Assembly: GCA_965235115.1 (NCBI GenBank)
Contig: OZ249436.1
Coordinates: 44,952,001-45,016,000, forward strand
DNA from: Laetmonice hystrix
Taxonomy: Eukaryota
Length of the DNA: 64,000 nucleotides
Direction: 5' to 3'
Within the stretch, counting starts at the first letter, position 1, and each line of letters opens with the position of its first letter. Shown here piece after piece: positions 51,107-64,000 of this stretch. Under the pieces are notes generated by a model. It did not search any database. It was not told where the DNA came from and saw only the letters and a list, made by a program, of their open reading frames with translations. A program made the position numbers and the translations under genes.

Positions 51107-52214
51107 TCCCGTCGGCTGCCGTTACTGGAAGATCACATAATTAGGAACGTCTGCATGAACTTTTAATCAAGAAAACGGCTCAAATCTCGAGGCTTGCATG
51201 GCTAGCATGGTAACCACTTTAATCCGAGTTAACCCGATAATGCAACATCTAAACAACACTCTCTATAATGAATTCAAAGCAGCTTGGAATTTGTGACAAT
51301 CTGTGTTATAATCTCAGGACTAATTGGCTAATAATGTATTAAGCCAGCGTAGTGCGTAGTGCGTAATAAAAACAATGAAAACACGCATTACGCACTACGC
51401 ACACACAGAATCACCCAAACCTGTTTTCATTGATTTTGATGAATACGCATTACGCTGTACGCACTACGCATTACGCATCACGCCAACACTATGTACACAT
51501 GGATTCCTAGCTTTAATCTGGACCTGTTGTTTAAAAAACAGTTTTAATTTTGACGTCTCATCATAAAACGATCGACTAGATACTCTTTTATGCTATATTC
51601 GCATTAGGCCTATACCCCATTTTATAGCATGACGTTCAAAACCTTATCTTTCTTGCGGCGGGGGGGGGGGGGGTAAGGTCCGTTTAGCCCCTGACATCTG
51701 CGTCTCCCGATTGACTAACTGACTTGCTGATTGACTGACTCACTCACTCCAAGAAAATATTTGGCAATATAGGCGCCTATACTCTATGTAGGGTCTCCCG
51801 TTGGTTTAACACGATTGTGTGACCTACCCGGCCAAGCGGAATATGTTGTGCCATAATAAGGTAAACATGCCTGTTCTAGTTCTACCCAGTGTATACTACA
51901 GTAGACCTAGATGTCGATCTTTGTCCAAAAAAATACATCTGTAGGCGCAAAGGATCCCTGTTAGAGCATGTCATGGGCAGGTAGGCCTAAATGTCATAGC
52001 ACTGATTATACAGGCCTACGGTACCGTAGGCTATCTCTGCGTGGGATTATCTCTGCCTCGTCATAGATTTAGGCTACAATGGCCTAGATAGGCCCTACCC
52101 CTTATTAAATCACAAGACTTAAACTGTTACTTAGATAAAGCAAGACCTCGTCGTTTCAATTAGCCCGGACCACATAGATCTAGTAGGGCCCTATCAGTCT
52201 ATAGTACGACTTAC

Positions 52215-52470
52215 ATGCACGGAAATCAGGAACTGAAGACGCACCAATGTCGGTGAGAAGTCACATCACTTCATGCAATCTAACTGTAGAACGGCGGTGA
52301 TGTCTGGATGGTCCACCCCGCCCTCTCTGCAGTACATGTAGGCCCATATTCTGGGTGACCCAGTGCTGGTGCCTCGCTGACCCCTTGCAGTACCATGACA
52401 GACTGTTAGAGGTCGCTGCGACCGTATTCTGAGCATTGATCCCGATCGAGTCCTCAGGGACGGCCAAGTC
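52215..52470 (-). other. possible 5' UTR exon of SLC7 gene (5' boundary uncertain)
   Basis: consensus donor CAT|GTAAGT at 52214; coding exon 1 is preceded by an acceptor, implying an upstream exon. Confidence 0.35.
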
Positions 52471-52770
52471 ATAAGTATAGGCTGTACTTAATCACCATGA
52501 TGATATATACATTACCGCAAGGCCTCAAACAAATTTTGGGGTTTTTAAAACCATTTAAAACCATTTTAATAGCACAGGTCGCGTAGTGTGCGTATGCCGT
52601 GACGAGAACGGTAGCTAACGGTACCTTCACGAATTTTACAATCAAATATTTCATATAGTGTTCACATATTCCTAAGATCCTGCATGATATGCGAGACACC
52701 ATACTGGTAGGCTATATCTGCGGAAGATATTGACTCAAGCTTATCACATAGGCATCGATTTGAAGTTCAG

Positions 52771-52896
52771 GGCCCGGTTCACAAACAAAGTCAAGTCAAT
52801 TTTAATTAACTTGAAATCCATTTTAACCAATCAGATTCAAGTAAAAATGACTTCAAGTCAATTAAAATTGACTTGACTTTGTTTGTGAACCGGGCT
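52771..52896. mobile_element. near-perfect hairpin MITE (Harbinger-like)
   Basis: ~45-bp TIRs GGCCCGGTTCACAAACAAAGTCAAGTCAATTTTAATT; CAG on both flanks. Confidence 0.8.
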
Positions 52897-53977
52897 CAGA
52901 TATCATGGGAATGTTGTACTAAGTTCAGAACACCAATTATAGGTCACGTGTAGGCCCTATACCAAGATTAGACCTTTGCTTGGGTATGAGTAGGCCTAGA
53001 GCGGCTCAGCAATTAAGGAGCAGGCCTAAATCGATTGGGGTACGATAAAGATAATTCGAAAAAAATGATAGATCACCTCTATAGATAAGGACTATACATG
53101 TGACCATGAGTCTATGCCTACTTCATGGCTGGGAAACGGGCCCACCCCACCCCTTTTATAAAGTCAAAGAAATCACTATATCTGTCGTGGGGGGGGGGGG
53201 GGTCCAGGGGTCCTCCTCCCCCCCCCCCCCCCCGGAAGGGAGGGGGCCTCGCACCTGAGGGTACCCAGGCTCAGGCTACGGCTGTAGGCCCAACGAACTG
53301 AATACAAAAGATGGACCCCCCCCCCCCCCCAAGGCCAATCCTGGGTACGGACCTGTATTTTCTTTTTAAAAATCACCTTCTGAACGACAGTCCCCTCTTC
53401 GTTCATCGTTTCTAAATAATGTAGCAATGTTGTACACGAGATGGCGCTTCAAGTAGATCTATACAAGAGGCACCTGGCGGACGGGAGGCGCACTAATAGA
53501 CAGATCGACCTTCGTGATACATGACATGTATACGATTCTGTCGATATTGTGTGCGAGTCTATTCCTGATCATTTTCAACATTTACCATCAATACTATATA
53601 TACAAAGTATTGTTTCTCTCTGTGGAAATGCGCAACAGTAGGTCGACCGACTAGAGAATGATTCGATCTCTAGGCCTACACCTATACGCCATCTAGCGGC
53701 AATAGCTAGAACTAGGCGTATGCCAATACTGCCCTCCCAAGAGGGACTGCAGTAAGAATAGGCCTACTGCTCTCCCAAGAGGACTGCACTATCTGCATAA
53801 TAATGTGAAACTGAGAAAATCAACCCTACAGCCTCAGCCATATTAAAGTACATTATATTTGAACGACGTAAGTAGGCTTATATATAAACTTTAGGGTCGA
53901 TTTGATCAATTTTACAATTTCGTAGATAGGCCTACTGCAGTCTCTCTTGAGAGGACAGAATAGGCCTAGGGCCTACT

Positions 53978-54080
53978 ATTATTAATGTGCAGTCAGCAGT
54001 TCGAGAACAAGGTTAACTAACTCAGTCCGTGAAATACATTGCGTGATAATGATGAGATGATAGGAGGAACCCCGCACACA
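53978..54080 (-). mobile_element. diverged copy of the repeat at 14321-14490
   Basis: Shares AACAAGGT.AAC.AACTCAGTC.GTGAAAT.CATTG.GTGATAATGATGAG. Confidence 0.5.
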
Positions 54081-54989
54081 TAGAGCCTAACCACATCAGT
54101 TAGCTGGGGTCATTTATAGCCCCGTACATTAGACCTGTAGGCCTATAGGCCTACTGCAATCAGGTAGGGCCATAATATAAGCCTAGCCCCTGAGTCACTC
54201 CGGTAGGGCCACATAGGCCTAGCCCTATAATACATCACCTCCAGGCCGATAGTTTGGCTAAATGATTATTAAGGCCTACACGACAGAATAGAGAGCGTTC
54301 GGCCCCTATAAGCTTATATACCTCGGCGCCATGTTAAATCTAGGCAAGAAGACAAGAACAAGATGCCGCTAAACCATGCAGCACGGGTCTAAACGTCGAC
54401 AGGGACATGTAGCCTACAAATTATTATTAATTGAATGTGACGAGGTAGAGTGATCTGGTTATAATTATGACTCACAAAGTTAGAAATCTTGTCAAGCTGA
54501 AAGGAGCTTGATAATAACACACAAAACATGGTTCCAGGACGAAGCATGTTCACAGCATAGCTTATAGTCTATAGGGCCTACGGGGGCCAATAGAAAATCT
54601 GTTCCAACACCCGGGGTTTCCGCAGCGATTCTGATATAGGCCCTAGGCCTATGTTATTTTGGGGAAAAAAGGTCATTTACAGAATTTTTCGGAATTGGTA
54701 ATTGAAATATACTTTTTAATGGTCTTTATTTAAAAAAAAAATTATTTTAAAAAATTATGCAGGACTCATGTTTATTTAGTTCATCCTGCAGTGTTTGTGG
54801 CCTACTCTTGCTCAGTGTGAATGTACAGGAAGGCGCATCATTAATTAGGTATAACAATTCTCGATTTTGAAGCTTTCGGTGTCGCCAGGGAGACCATCAG
54901 GCCATGAACTAAACGGATAGGACATCACATAGGACCAACGAGACTCGAGTGAAACGTGTCCTTATTGAAAAACCTATCTAGGGCCTCCA

Positions 54990-55075
54990 CAGCGCCACGT
55001 GCGTGACCTGTGACCCAATCTGACCCAGTTTGTGACGTCAGTGTACAGTGCGGGCATTCTAGCAAAGATGGCCAC
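54990..55075 (+). promoter_or_regulatory. putative CHSY1 proximal promoter motif cluster
   Basis: CACGTG 54996-55001, CCAAT 55015-55019, TGACGTCA 55033-55040 and AAGATGGCC 55065-55073 at the start of a CpG-rich region. Confidence 0.5.
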
Positions 55076-55405
55076 CAGGAGGTCGCTACGACTGGCACCG
55101 TGAGGCATCGGCTCCGATAAAATGCGCGTTAATGACAGCACACGAATCAGAAGGTCTGGAAACCCCTCCCCAGATGGTGGCAAACTGTTAACGAGACGGC
55201 GACACTGTGTAAATCATGAGGAGATTGAGGTAGAGCTGTGTGTTTCCGACTTCAAATGTTCGAGGTTGGCAGGGCGCCTGGGCGGAGAGTGTTCCCGGCG
55301 GTAGTCGCAGCCCTGGCGGCGGCGGCGCAGCTCTAGGCCCGGGGAAGGCACGGGATACGGAGACCTCGCTCGCTTGCCGGGTCTCTCCCGACTTCTGTCT
55401 ACGCT

Positions 55406-56272
55406 ATGCCGGGCATGGGCCGGAGGATCCAGTCCAGGTCATCACACGTCGCCGTCGGAGTTTTTGTTGGAGTTGTCTGTGGATTCTTCCTGGGTTCGTG
55501 GTCGAGGGATCTCCTAGCAGCTTGTTCTGTTGCTGGAGGGAGCGGGAATAGCTGGGAGAATGGAGCGGGATGCTGCGGCGGGGGCAGCGACGGGCGCCCG
55601 GGCAGACGGGGTGATGACCACCGGTCACGGCAGGAGGATGGCGGCCGGGTTGGCCAGCAGCCGGGGGCACAAGCCTCGGAAGCGCAAGAAAGGAACCCGG
55701 ATAATTTCCTTTTCGTTGGGATAATGACAGCTAAGAAATACCTCTCCAGTCGTGTGGTTGCTGCGTACCGAACGTGGGCGAGTTCGATCCCTGGTAGGGT
55801 GATGTTTTTCTGCAGCGAGGGCTCGGAGCTAGCGGATCACCCGGACATCCCGATCGTCGCACTCCCCGGTGTGGACGATACCTACCCGCCTCAGAAGAAA
55901 TCCATGCTCATGTTCAAGTACATGCACGATCGTTTCGGGGATAAGTTTGAGTGGTTTATGCGAGCCGATGACGATGTTTATATCAAAGGGGACCGACTGG
56001 CTCTGATGTTGAGGTCAGTCAATAGCTCCGTGCCACAGTTCATCGGTCAGGCAGGTACGGGGACGGCCGACGAGATCGGCCTGCTCAGCCTGGAGGAGAA
56101 CGAAAACTTTTGTATGGGCGGACCCGGTATCGTCATGAGTCGTACAACCCTGCAGAGATTCGTACCACACATCGGGTACTGCCTCAAAAACCTCTACACA
56201 ACGCACGAGGACGTGGAAATCGGCAGGTGTGTGCGCAAGTTTGCTGGAGTATCCTGCACGTGGGCCTTTGAG
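55406..56272 (+). CDS. CHSY1: chondroitin sulfate synthase 1-like, first coding exon (gene continues beyond window)
   Basis: N-terminal signal-anchor; FLFVGIMTAKKYL, LPGVDDTYPPQKKS, FEWFMRADDDVY (DxD), FCMGGPG, HEDVEIGRCVRKFAG (GT31/Fringe-like domain); ends at TTTGAG|GTAAGT, phase 0; the ORF tail after 56272 is intronic. Confidence 0.93.
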
Positions 56273-58062
56273 GTAAGTGTTTGGTTGAAGGGAGAGATTC
56301 CCCCACACTCCACATTAATATCATTAGGGGGAAAAAGGGGGGGAGGACCCCTCTCCATATCTGGATACTGTAGTGATTTCATATGCCTATTCTACAGCCA
56401 AGTTTCAAGTTCCAAGTTTCGTTGTTCAAAATGTGTTTTATGTATAAGTGAAGTTTTTCAAAAACGTTAATTTCCGTTTAATTTACATGGCGGAACACAT
56501 TCACGTTCCTTGTCAAGACCTTTCCACCTTAGAAACAAATTTATAAAATTAGAAATATCCTCCGGGCTGTTTCAGAAGAATATGCCAGCGAACTGAGCGA
56601 TGAGTTTATCACAAGTGATAGATAGTGTAGGCACAAGTGTACATGGGTTGTTCCGTCGTTATGCAGGTCATCTGATGTTAATTTAAGTGTTATCTCCCTG
56701 GTACTCCATGTCCTGCATTCCTGAGTTCACACTTAACGGCTCCCAGTTTGCACTGAACATCGATAACGGGTGTTCAAAGTATATTCTGATATCAAGCTTG
56801 TTGTTATAACCTGCCTACACGGAGCCTGGCCAGTGTAGGTTTGCCAGTCCTTGTACCTCAGGATCAGTGGACTGTGTATGTATAATGTGGTATCTATAAG
56901 GCAGGTTGAGTGGATGCAGCGAAGGGAAGGCTCAGGGCCTTCAGCAGACCGTGATTGTGTTGAAACCAGAAGGAGGATATATGGGGGATGTTTGTAGAAG
57001 CAGAGTTACCGCATGGGGTGGATGCCCCCCTAACCCCTTCCACAGGAATGTTGCCCATGGGGGTCAAGGATCCCCCCTACTTGACACAAGTAATTGGAGG
57101 TGGACCCATGGGAGGCATTCAGTATTATAGGAGGGGCAGGGGCCGGTAGTCCGGTCTGGTTTAGGGGCAGGAGGGGGAGGGGGCCGGTAGTCCGGTCTGG
57201 TTTAGGGGCCACCAACTGAGCCCTGACCCGCATCCAGGACAGAGTCTGTCTGGTGACTGGGATGGATATTTTCCCCTCTCGTTCCCTTCACTCCATCAAC
57301 TCCACTTAGTTCTCTCACTTTGCCAGGATTGTCGGCGACTAGCGGCTCACTCAGGCACGTGTCTATCGATGTCTATCTCCTCACAGACCGGGAATACTAA
57401 AATAAACTCACGCCTTCGGAGTTTTTTATTGGATCCCGCTCTTTGTTTCTCGTGATTTCACCACTTGAGTGCTTGAAATAAATCCCATGATGAAATCTGA
57501 TACTGTTCTCTTGCTCACCTTACAAGTTTAGCAATAGACACGAAGACTTATTTTTCCACCAAAGTTTTTACTGTGATGTTTAAATGGAAAGGGGAAAATG
57601 AACAGGATGTAGCAAAACATTATACGGTAGATATTTTGCCGTTAGAGGTTTGTAAGTATTAAGGAGCCTCCAGTCTTAGTCTTCGAGATTGTCATGGGAT
57701 GATGAATAGTTTCAGTGTGGGTAATCTCAGTACTCAAACAAAAGACCCTCCTGGACCATACCTTTGTTCAAATTAAACCACTGCTGGAGGCTGTTGACCA
57801 CTATCATGATGTGCTCCTAAATGGGATATTTAAGGCTGGGTGTGTAAAGCTGTGTCTATGCAGTGCTGTACCCTAAAGAACCCTTACAACTTAGAGTGCG
57901 ACTTGCCACTTGGAGTGCCACTTGCCACTTACCAAGAGTAGAGTTGTTGTCCCGGTGTGCAGTTTTCTTCTGTATCATCCTCATCATCACTGGACAGAAA
58001 ATGGTCGACAGTCACCAACAGGACGTAAAACAACCAAATCACCATCGTAGAATCAGGTTGAG

Positions 58063-58393
58063 TGTTATTTGTAAGCGTCACCGTTACTTGCAAGCGTCAC
58101 CTGTTATTTGCAAGCGTCACCTGTTACTTGCGAGTGTCACCTGTTACTTGCAAGTGTCACCTGTTACTTGCAAGCGTTACCTGTTACTTTCAAGCCTCAC
58201 CTGTTACTTGCAAGTGTCACCTGTTACTTGCAAGCGTTACCTGTTACTTGCAAGCGTCACCTGTTACTTGCAAGCATCACGTTACTTACAAGCGTCACAT
58301 GTTACTTGTAAGCGTCACTTGTTACTTACAACCGTCACATGTTACTTGCAAGCGTAACCTGTTATTTGTACGCGTCACCTGTCACTTGTAAGC
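58063..58393. repeat. 20-bp minisatellite in CHSY1 intron
   Basis: CAAGCGTCACCTGTTACTTG x ~16. Confidence 0.95.
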
Positions 58394-59124
58394 AGCAGGT
58401 TGAGTGTCACGGATACCCGCTATCCAAGGCCAGGCCGCTGTCTGGGAAGGACAGCTGATTGTGGGGTCTGTGGATGCCCTTGGCACATAAACACAGACTG
58501 CGCCCTGAGAACAGTAACCCTTCTCATGGATGCAGTGACTGGTCGGACCGTTATAACCAGGGTTATAACGGGCCTATAAATCTGTCTCGGTGTGGGCACT
58601 GATAAATATTATGCTAACACGGTCCCCCAGTTAAACATGCTCCGCCCGTCACTCAGGCCATCCGCCTGCTATTGGCTCATGGTGACACCTCTGTCAAATC
58701 TGTACATGTAGGGTGAGTGGCAGGATCGGGGATAGGGATCCGATATTGAGAAAGTCGATGGGGTGTTACCATGGGGTAACTTAGCGCTCATTTAATATGG
58801 CCAACATCTTCAGGCGCCAGCTGGCTGCCAGACCTTTCGTTTAGAAGCCAGAGACAGTTGTGAGGAGGAAAATTATATCGCCCTTTTAATCGCGCAATTT
58901 ATTGGTTATTCATCAAGTGGCCACCGCGATCACCACCAGTGGCCAACTCTGGTCGAATTTGACGACCCACAACTGTCTGGAGACTTCTACCCAATGTTCC
59001 AGAACTGGTGGCGGAGACCACGCCCCCTACCGCCACCCTGGAGAGATGATGTACAGGGGGAGGGTGAGGTTATTGACCTGAACAGGTGGTAGCATGTGAC
59101 CAGAGCTCCCTCCCCCCCCCCCCA

Positions 59125-62100
59125 CCCACCCACCACCTCCCGGCCCCCCGCCCTGTGCTATCTATACCCGGGTACCGATACCGACCCACCACCTCCCGGC
59201 CTCCCGCCCTGTGCTATCTATACCCGGGTACCGATACCGACCCACCACCTCCCGGCCGCCCTGTGCTATCTATACCCGGGTACCCATACCGACCCACCAC
59301 CTCCCGGCCGCCCTGTGCTATCTATACCCGGGTACCCATACCGACCCACCACCTCCCGGCCGCCCGCCCTGTGCTATCTATACCCGGGTACCGATACCGA
59401 CCCACCACCTCCCGGCCGCCCGCCCTGTGCTATCTATACCCGGGTACCGATACCGACCCACCACCCCCCGCCCGCCCTGTGCTATCTATACCCGGGTACC
59501 TATACCGACCCACCACCTCCCGGCCGCCCTGTGCTATCTATACCCGGGTACCGATACCGACCCACCACCTCCCGCCCGCCCTGTGCTATCTATACCCGGG
59601 TACCGATACCGACCCACCACCTCCCGGCCCGCCCTGTGCTATCTATACCCGGGTACCGATACCGACCCACCACCTCCCGCCCGCCCTGTGCTATCTATAC
59701 CCGGGTACCGATACCGACCCACCACCTCCCGCCCGCCCTGTGCTATCTATACCCGGGTACCGATACCGACCCACCACCCCCCGGCCCGCCCTGTGCTATC
59801 TATACCCGGGTACCGATACCGACCCACCACCTCCCGGCCGCCCTGTGCTATCTATACCCGGGTACCGATACCGACCCACCACCTCCCGGCCGCCCTGTGC
59901 TATCTATACCCGGGTACCGATACCGACCCACCACCTCCCGGCCGCCCGCCCTGTGCTATCTATACCCGGGTACCGATACCGACCCACCACCTCCCGCCCG
60001 CCCGCCCTGTGCTATCTATACCCGGGTACCGATACCGACCCACCACCTCCCGCCCGCCCTGTGCTATCTATACCCGGGTACCCATACCGACCCACCACCT
60101 CCCGGCCGCCCTGTGCTATCTATACCCGGGTACCCATACCGACCCACCACCTCCCGGCCGCCCGCCCTGTGCTATCTATACCCGGGTACCGATACCGACC
60201 CACCACCTCCCGGCCGCCCTGTGCTATCTATACCCGGGTACCGATACCGACCCACCACCTCCCGGCCGCCCTGTGCTATCTATACCCGGGTACCGATACC
60301 GACCCACCACCTCCCGGCCGCCCGCCCTGTGCTATCTATACCCGGGTACCGATACCCACCCACCACCTCCCGGCCGCCCTGTGCTATCTATACCCGGGTA
60401 CCGATACCGACCCACCACCTCCCAGCCGCCCGCCCTGTGCTATCTATACCCGGGTACCGATACCCACCCACCACCTCCCGGCCGCCCTGTGCTATCTATA
60501 CCCGGGTACCGATACCGACCCACCACCTCCCGGCCGCCCTGTGCTATCTATACCCGGGTACCGATACCGACCCACCACCTCCCGGCCGCCCGCCCTGTGC
60601 TATCTATACCCGGGTACCGATACCGACCCACCACCTCCCGGCCGCCCTGTGCTATCTATACCCGGGTACCGATACCGACCCACCACCTCCCGGCCGCCCG
60701 CCCTGTGCTATCTATACCCGGGTACCGATACCGACCCACCCACCACCTCCCGGCCGCCCTGTGCTATCTATACCCGGGTACCGATACCGACCCACCACCT
60801 CCCGGCCCGCCCTGTGCTATCTATACCCGGGTACCCATACCGACCCACCACCTCCCGCCCGCCCTGTGCTATCTATACCCGGGTACCCATACCGACCCAC
60901 CACCTCCCGGCCGCCCGCCCTGTGCTATCTATACCCGGGTACCGACACCGACCCACCACCTCCCGGCCCGCCCTGTGCTATCTATACCCGGGTACCGATA
61001 CCGACCCACCACCTCCCGGCCGCCCTGTGCTATCTATACCCGGGTACCGATACCGACCCACCACCTCCCGGCCGCCCTGTGCTATCTATACCCGGGTACC
61101 GATACCGACCCACCACCTCCCGCCCGCCCTGTGCTATCTATACCCGGGTACCGATACCGACCCACCACCTCCCGGCCGCCCTGTGCTATCTATACCCGGG
61201 TACCGATACCGACCCACCACCTCCCGCCCGCCCTGTGCTATCTATACCCGGGTACCGATACCGACCCACCACCTCCCGGCCCGCCCTGTGCTATCTATAC
61301 CCGGGTACCGATACCGACCCACCACCTCCCGGCCGCCCGCCCTGTGCTATCTATACCCGGGTACCGATACCGACCCACCACCTCCCGGCCGCCCTGTGCT
61401 ATCTATACCCGGGTACCGATACCGACCCACCACCTCCCGGCCGCCCGCCCTGTGCTATCTATACCCGGGTACCGATACCGACCCACCACCTCCCGGCCCG
61501 CCCTGTGCTATCTATACCCGGGTACCGATACCGACCCACCACCTCCCGCCCGCCCGCCCTGTGCTATCTATACCCGGGTACCGATACCGACCCACCACCT
61601 CCCGCCCGCCCGCCCTGTGCTATCTATACCCGGGTACCGATACCGACCCACCACCTCCCGGCCGCCCTGTGCTATCTATACCCGGGTACCGATACCGACC
61701 CACCACCTCCCGGCCGCCCTGTGCTATCTATACCCGGGTACCGATACCGACCCACCACCTCCCGCCCGCCCTGTGCTATCTATACCCGGGTACCGATACC
61801 CACCCACCACCTCCCGCCCGCCCTGTGCTATCTATACCCGGGTACCGATACCCACCCACCACCTCCCGGCCGCCCTGTGCTATCTATACCCGGGTACCGA
61901 TACCGACCCACCACCTCCCGGCCGCCCGCCCTGTGCTATCTATACCCGGGTACCGATACCCACCCACCACCTCCCGGCCGCCCTGTGCTATCTATACCCG
62001 GGTACCGATACCGACCCACCACCTCCCGGCCGCCCGCCCTGTGCTATCTATACCCGGGTACCGATACCGACCCACCACCTCCCGGCCGCCCGCCGTGTGC

Positions 62101-63091
62101 TATCTATACCCGGGTACCGATACCCACCCACCACCTCCCGCCCGCCCTGTGCTATCTATACCCGGGTACCGATACCGACCCATCACCTCCCGGCCGCCCG
62201 CCCTGTGCTATCTATACCCGGGTACCAATACCGACCCACCACCTCCCGGCCGCCCGCCCTGTGCTATCTATACCCGGGTACCGATACCGACCCACCACCT
62301 CCCGGCCGCCCGCCCTGTGCTATCTATACCCGGGTACCGATACCGACCCACCACCTCCCGGCCGCCCGCCGTGTGCTATCTATACCCGGGTACCGATACC
62401 CACCCACCACCTCCCGGCCGCCCTGTGCTATCTATACCCGGGTACCCATACCGACCCACCACCTCCCGCCCGCCCTGTGCTATCTATACCCGGGTACCGA
62501 TACCCACCCACCACCTCCCGCCCGCCCTGTGCTATCTATACCCGGGTACTGATACCGACCCACCACCTCCCGCCCGCCCTGTGCTATCTATACCCGGGTA
62601 CCGATACCGACCCACCACCTCCCGGCCGCCCGCCCTGTGCTATCTATACCCGGGTACCCATACCGACCCACCACCTCCCGGCCCGCCCTGTGCTATCTAT
62701 ACCCGGGTACCGATACCGACCCACCACCTCCCGGCCCGCCCTGTGCTATCTATACCCGGGTACTGATACCGACCCACCACCTCCCGGCCGCCCGCCCTGT
62801 GCTATCTATACCCGGGTACCGATACCGACCCACCACCTCCCGGCCGCCCGCCCTGTGCTATCTATACCCGGGTACCGATACCGACCCACCACCTCCCGCC
62901 CGCCCTGTGCTATCTATACCCGGGTACCGATACCGACCCACCACCTCCCGCCCGCCCTGTGCTATCTATACCCGGGTACCGATACCGACCCACCACCTCC
63001 CGCCCGCCCTGTGCTATCTATACCCGGGTACCGATACCGACCCACCACCTCCCGGCCGCCCTGTGCTATCCATACCCGGGTACCCATACCG
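59125..63091. repeat. 52-56-bp C-rich, CpG-rich minisatellite in CHSY1 intron
   Basis: CCGCCCTGTGCTATCTATACCCGGGTACCGATACCGACCCACCACCTCCCGG x ~74. Confidence 0.97.
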
Positions 63092-64000
63092 TGGACCTGT
63101 ACCTATGAATGAGGGAGACGGAAGATAGCAAGAGACCACGAATCTCGGGGTAAAACCCTCCACCCCACCCTCCGGCGTCTCCACTGGGAGACAAACCAGG
63201 GGAATATGTCAGGTTTAGGTCGTCGTGCCTGGCCCAGCAATCCACACCGCCCTACACCAGCCCTGCAGCCACATCATGTCAATAATATTGCCATATTCTA
63301 ACACTGGTTATTTGTCTCCAAGCTTCCAACTACAATCTCTGTCAGTTTTGTCATTCTGCCCTAATTTACGCGCCACGTCTGACTTTGTAGTTGTCAAGTC
63401 TAAGATTTAAAATAAAAGCAATTGGGTGTGTGCAAATATTTCCTTAATGGTAAAAACTTTGAACAGAGTGGCACACATGGCTGTGTCATGGATCCAACTT
63501 ATTTATTTGATTGCCTGCACTGAAAAATACTTAAAAGTCTCAAAGACCTCCGACAGCTCCCTAAAAATGTAGTCAAATCCTTATTTATCTTTTCATGTTT
63601 TTATGCGGTCTCCCCGCCCAGATCTTTATGGCTGCACTAAGAGATCATTGAGATCTACACTTCAGTCAGAGAGTCACATCAGATCGTCTGGTGCCACAAC
63701 CAGCATGGCCTTACGTGGAGAAAATACCAGTAATAAATACATCGGTTAAGTAAACAACTGCCTCACCTTTTGACAGCTGATGGAGAACATGGCGTAGAAA
63801 AATTATAGATTTTTCTTAAAGGGGACAATTTTATTAGCTTAGGAATCAACAAATGTTTTGTAATGTACCGGCGTTATGGCCAGTGTATTATAGTATTAGG
63901 GTGTCTTTTATCGTCTGTCTGGAAAACGTTTGTTTAAAAGCTGTCTTTAAAAACTATATGTTGAAGTTTTAAGGGACCAGAAAGTGTCTTTTATTTATAT

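Noticed and set aside
56273..56470. C-terminal 65 aa of the 354-aa CHSY1 ORF
   Set aside because: Read-through past a consensus GTAAGT donor; recognisable similarity ends at WAFE.
59086..63128. 1100-1340 aa Pro-rich ORFs in three frames
   Set aside because: Products of a stop-free minisatellite; all frames cycle through the same peptides; lies in the CHSY1 intron.
63615..63760. Possible CHSY1 exon 2 after CCCAG at ~63621
   Set aside because: The phase-0 frame hits TGA after 9 codons and does not resemble the expected continuation.

Overview
Repeat-rich invertebrate animal genomic DNA with GT-AG spliceosomal introns and TTAGGG-derived repeats; there are no prokaryotic features. Two protein-coding genes lie head-to-head in the right half. 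(1) A complete SLC7 (LAT/HAT light-chain type) amino-acid transporter on the minus strand has 10 coding exons (51106 to 38298, 1575 nt, 524 aa, all intron phases consistent). (2) The first coding exon of a chondroitin sulfate synthase (CHSY1-like) lies on the plus strand (55406-56272); its next exon was not found in the window. By my rough sum, about 18 kb (~29%) is ~20 mutually unrelated minisatellite arrays, which explain all the very long ORFs in the track. Mobile DNA includes a foldback Academ-type derivative (TAG..CTA ends, TGT TSD, XPG-like nuclease and Cys-rich pseudogene) in the last SLC7 intron, a probable non-autonomous Helentron, four CA..TG MITEs with 5-bp TSDs, several other MITEs, a Crypton-like element, and LINE/SINE fragments. 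Most notable observations: minisatellites seeded from the SLC7 gene's own splice sites (including ~70 tandem copies of the exon-9 donor); a charge-rewired substrate pocket plus an ExxxLL sorting motif in the SLC7 protein; the two-identical-ends structure of the Academ element; and a dense TAGGCCTA cluster between the divergent genes. I see no convincing multi-gene novel system.
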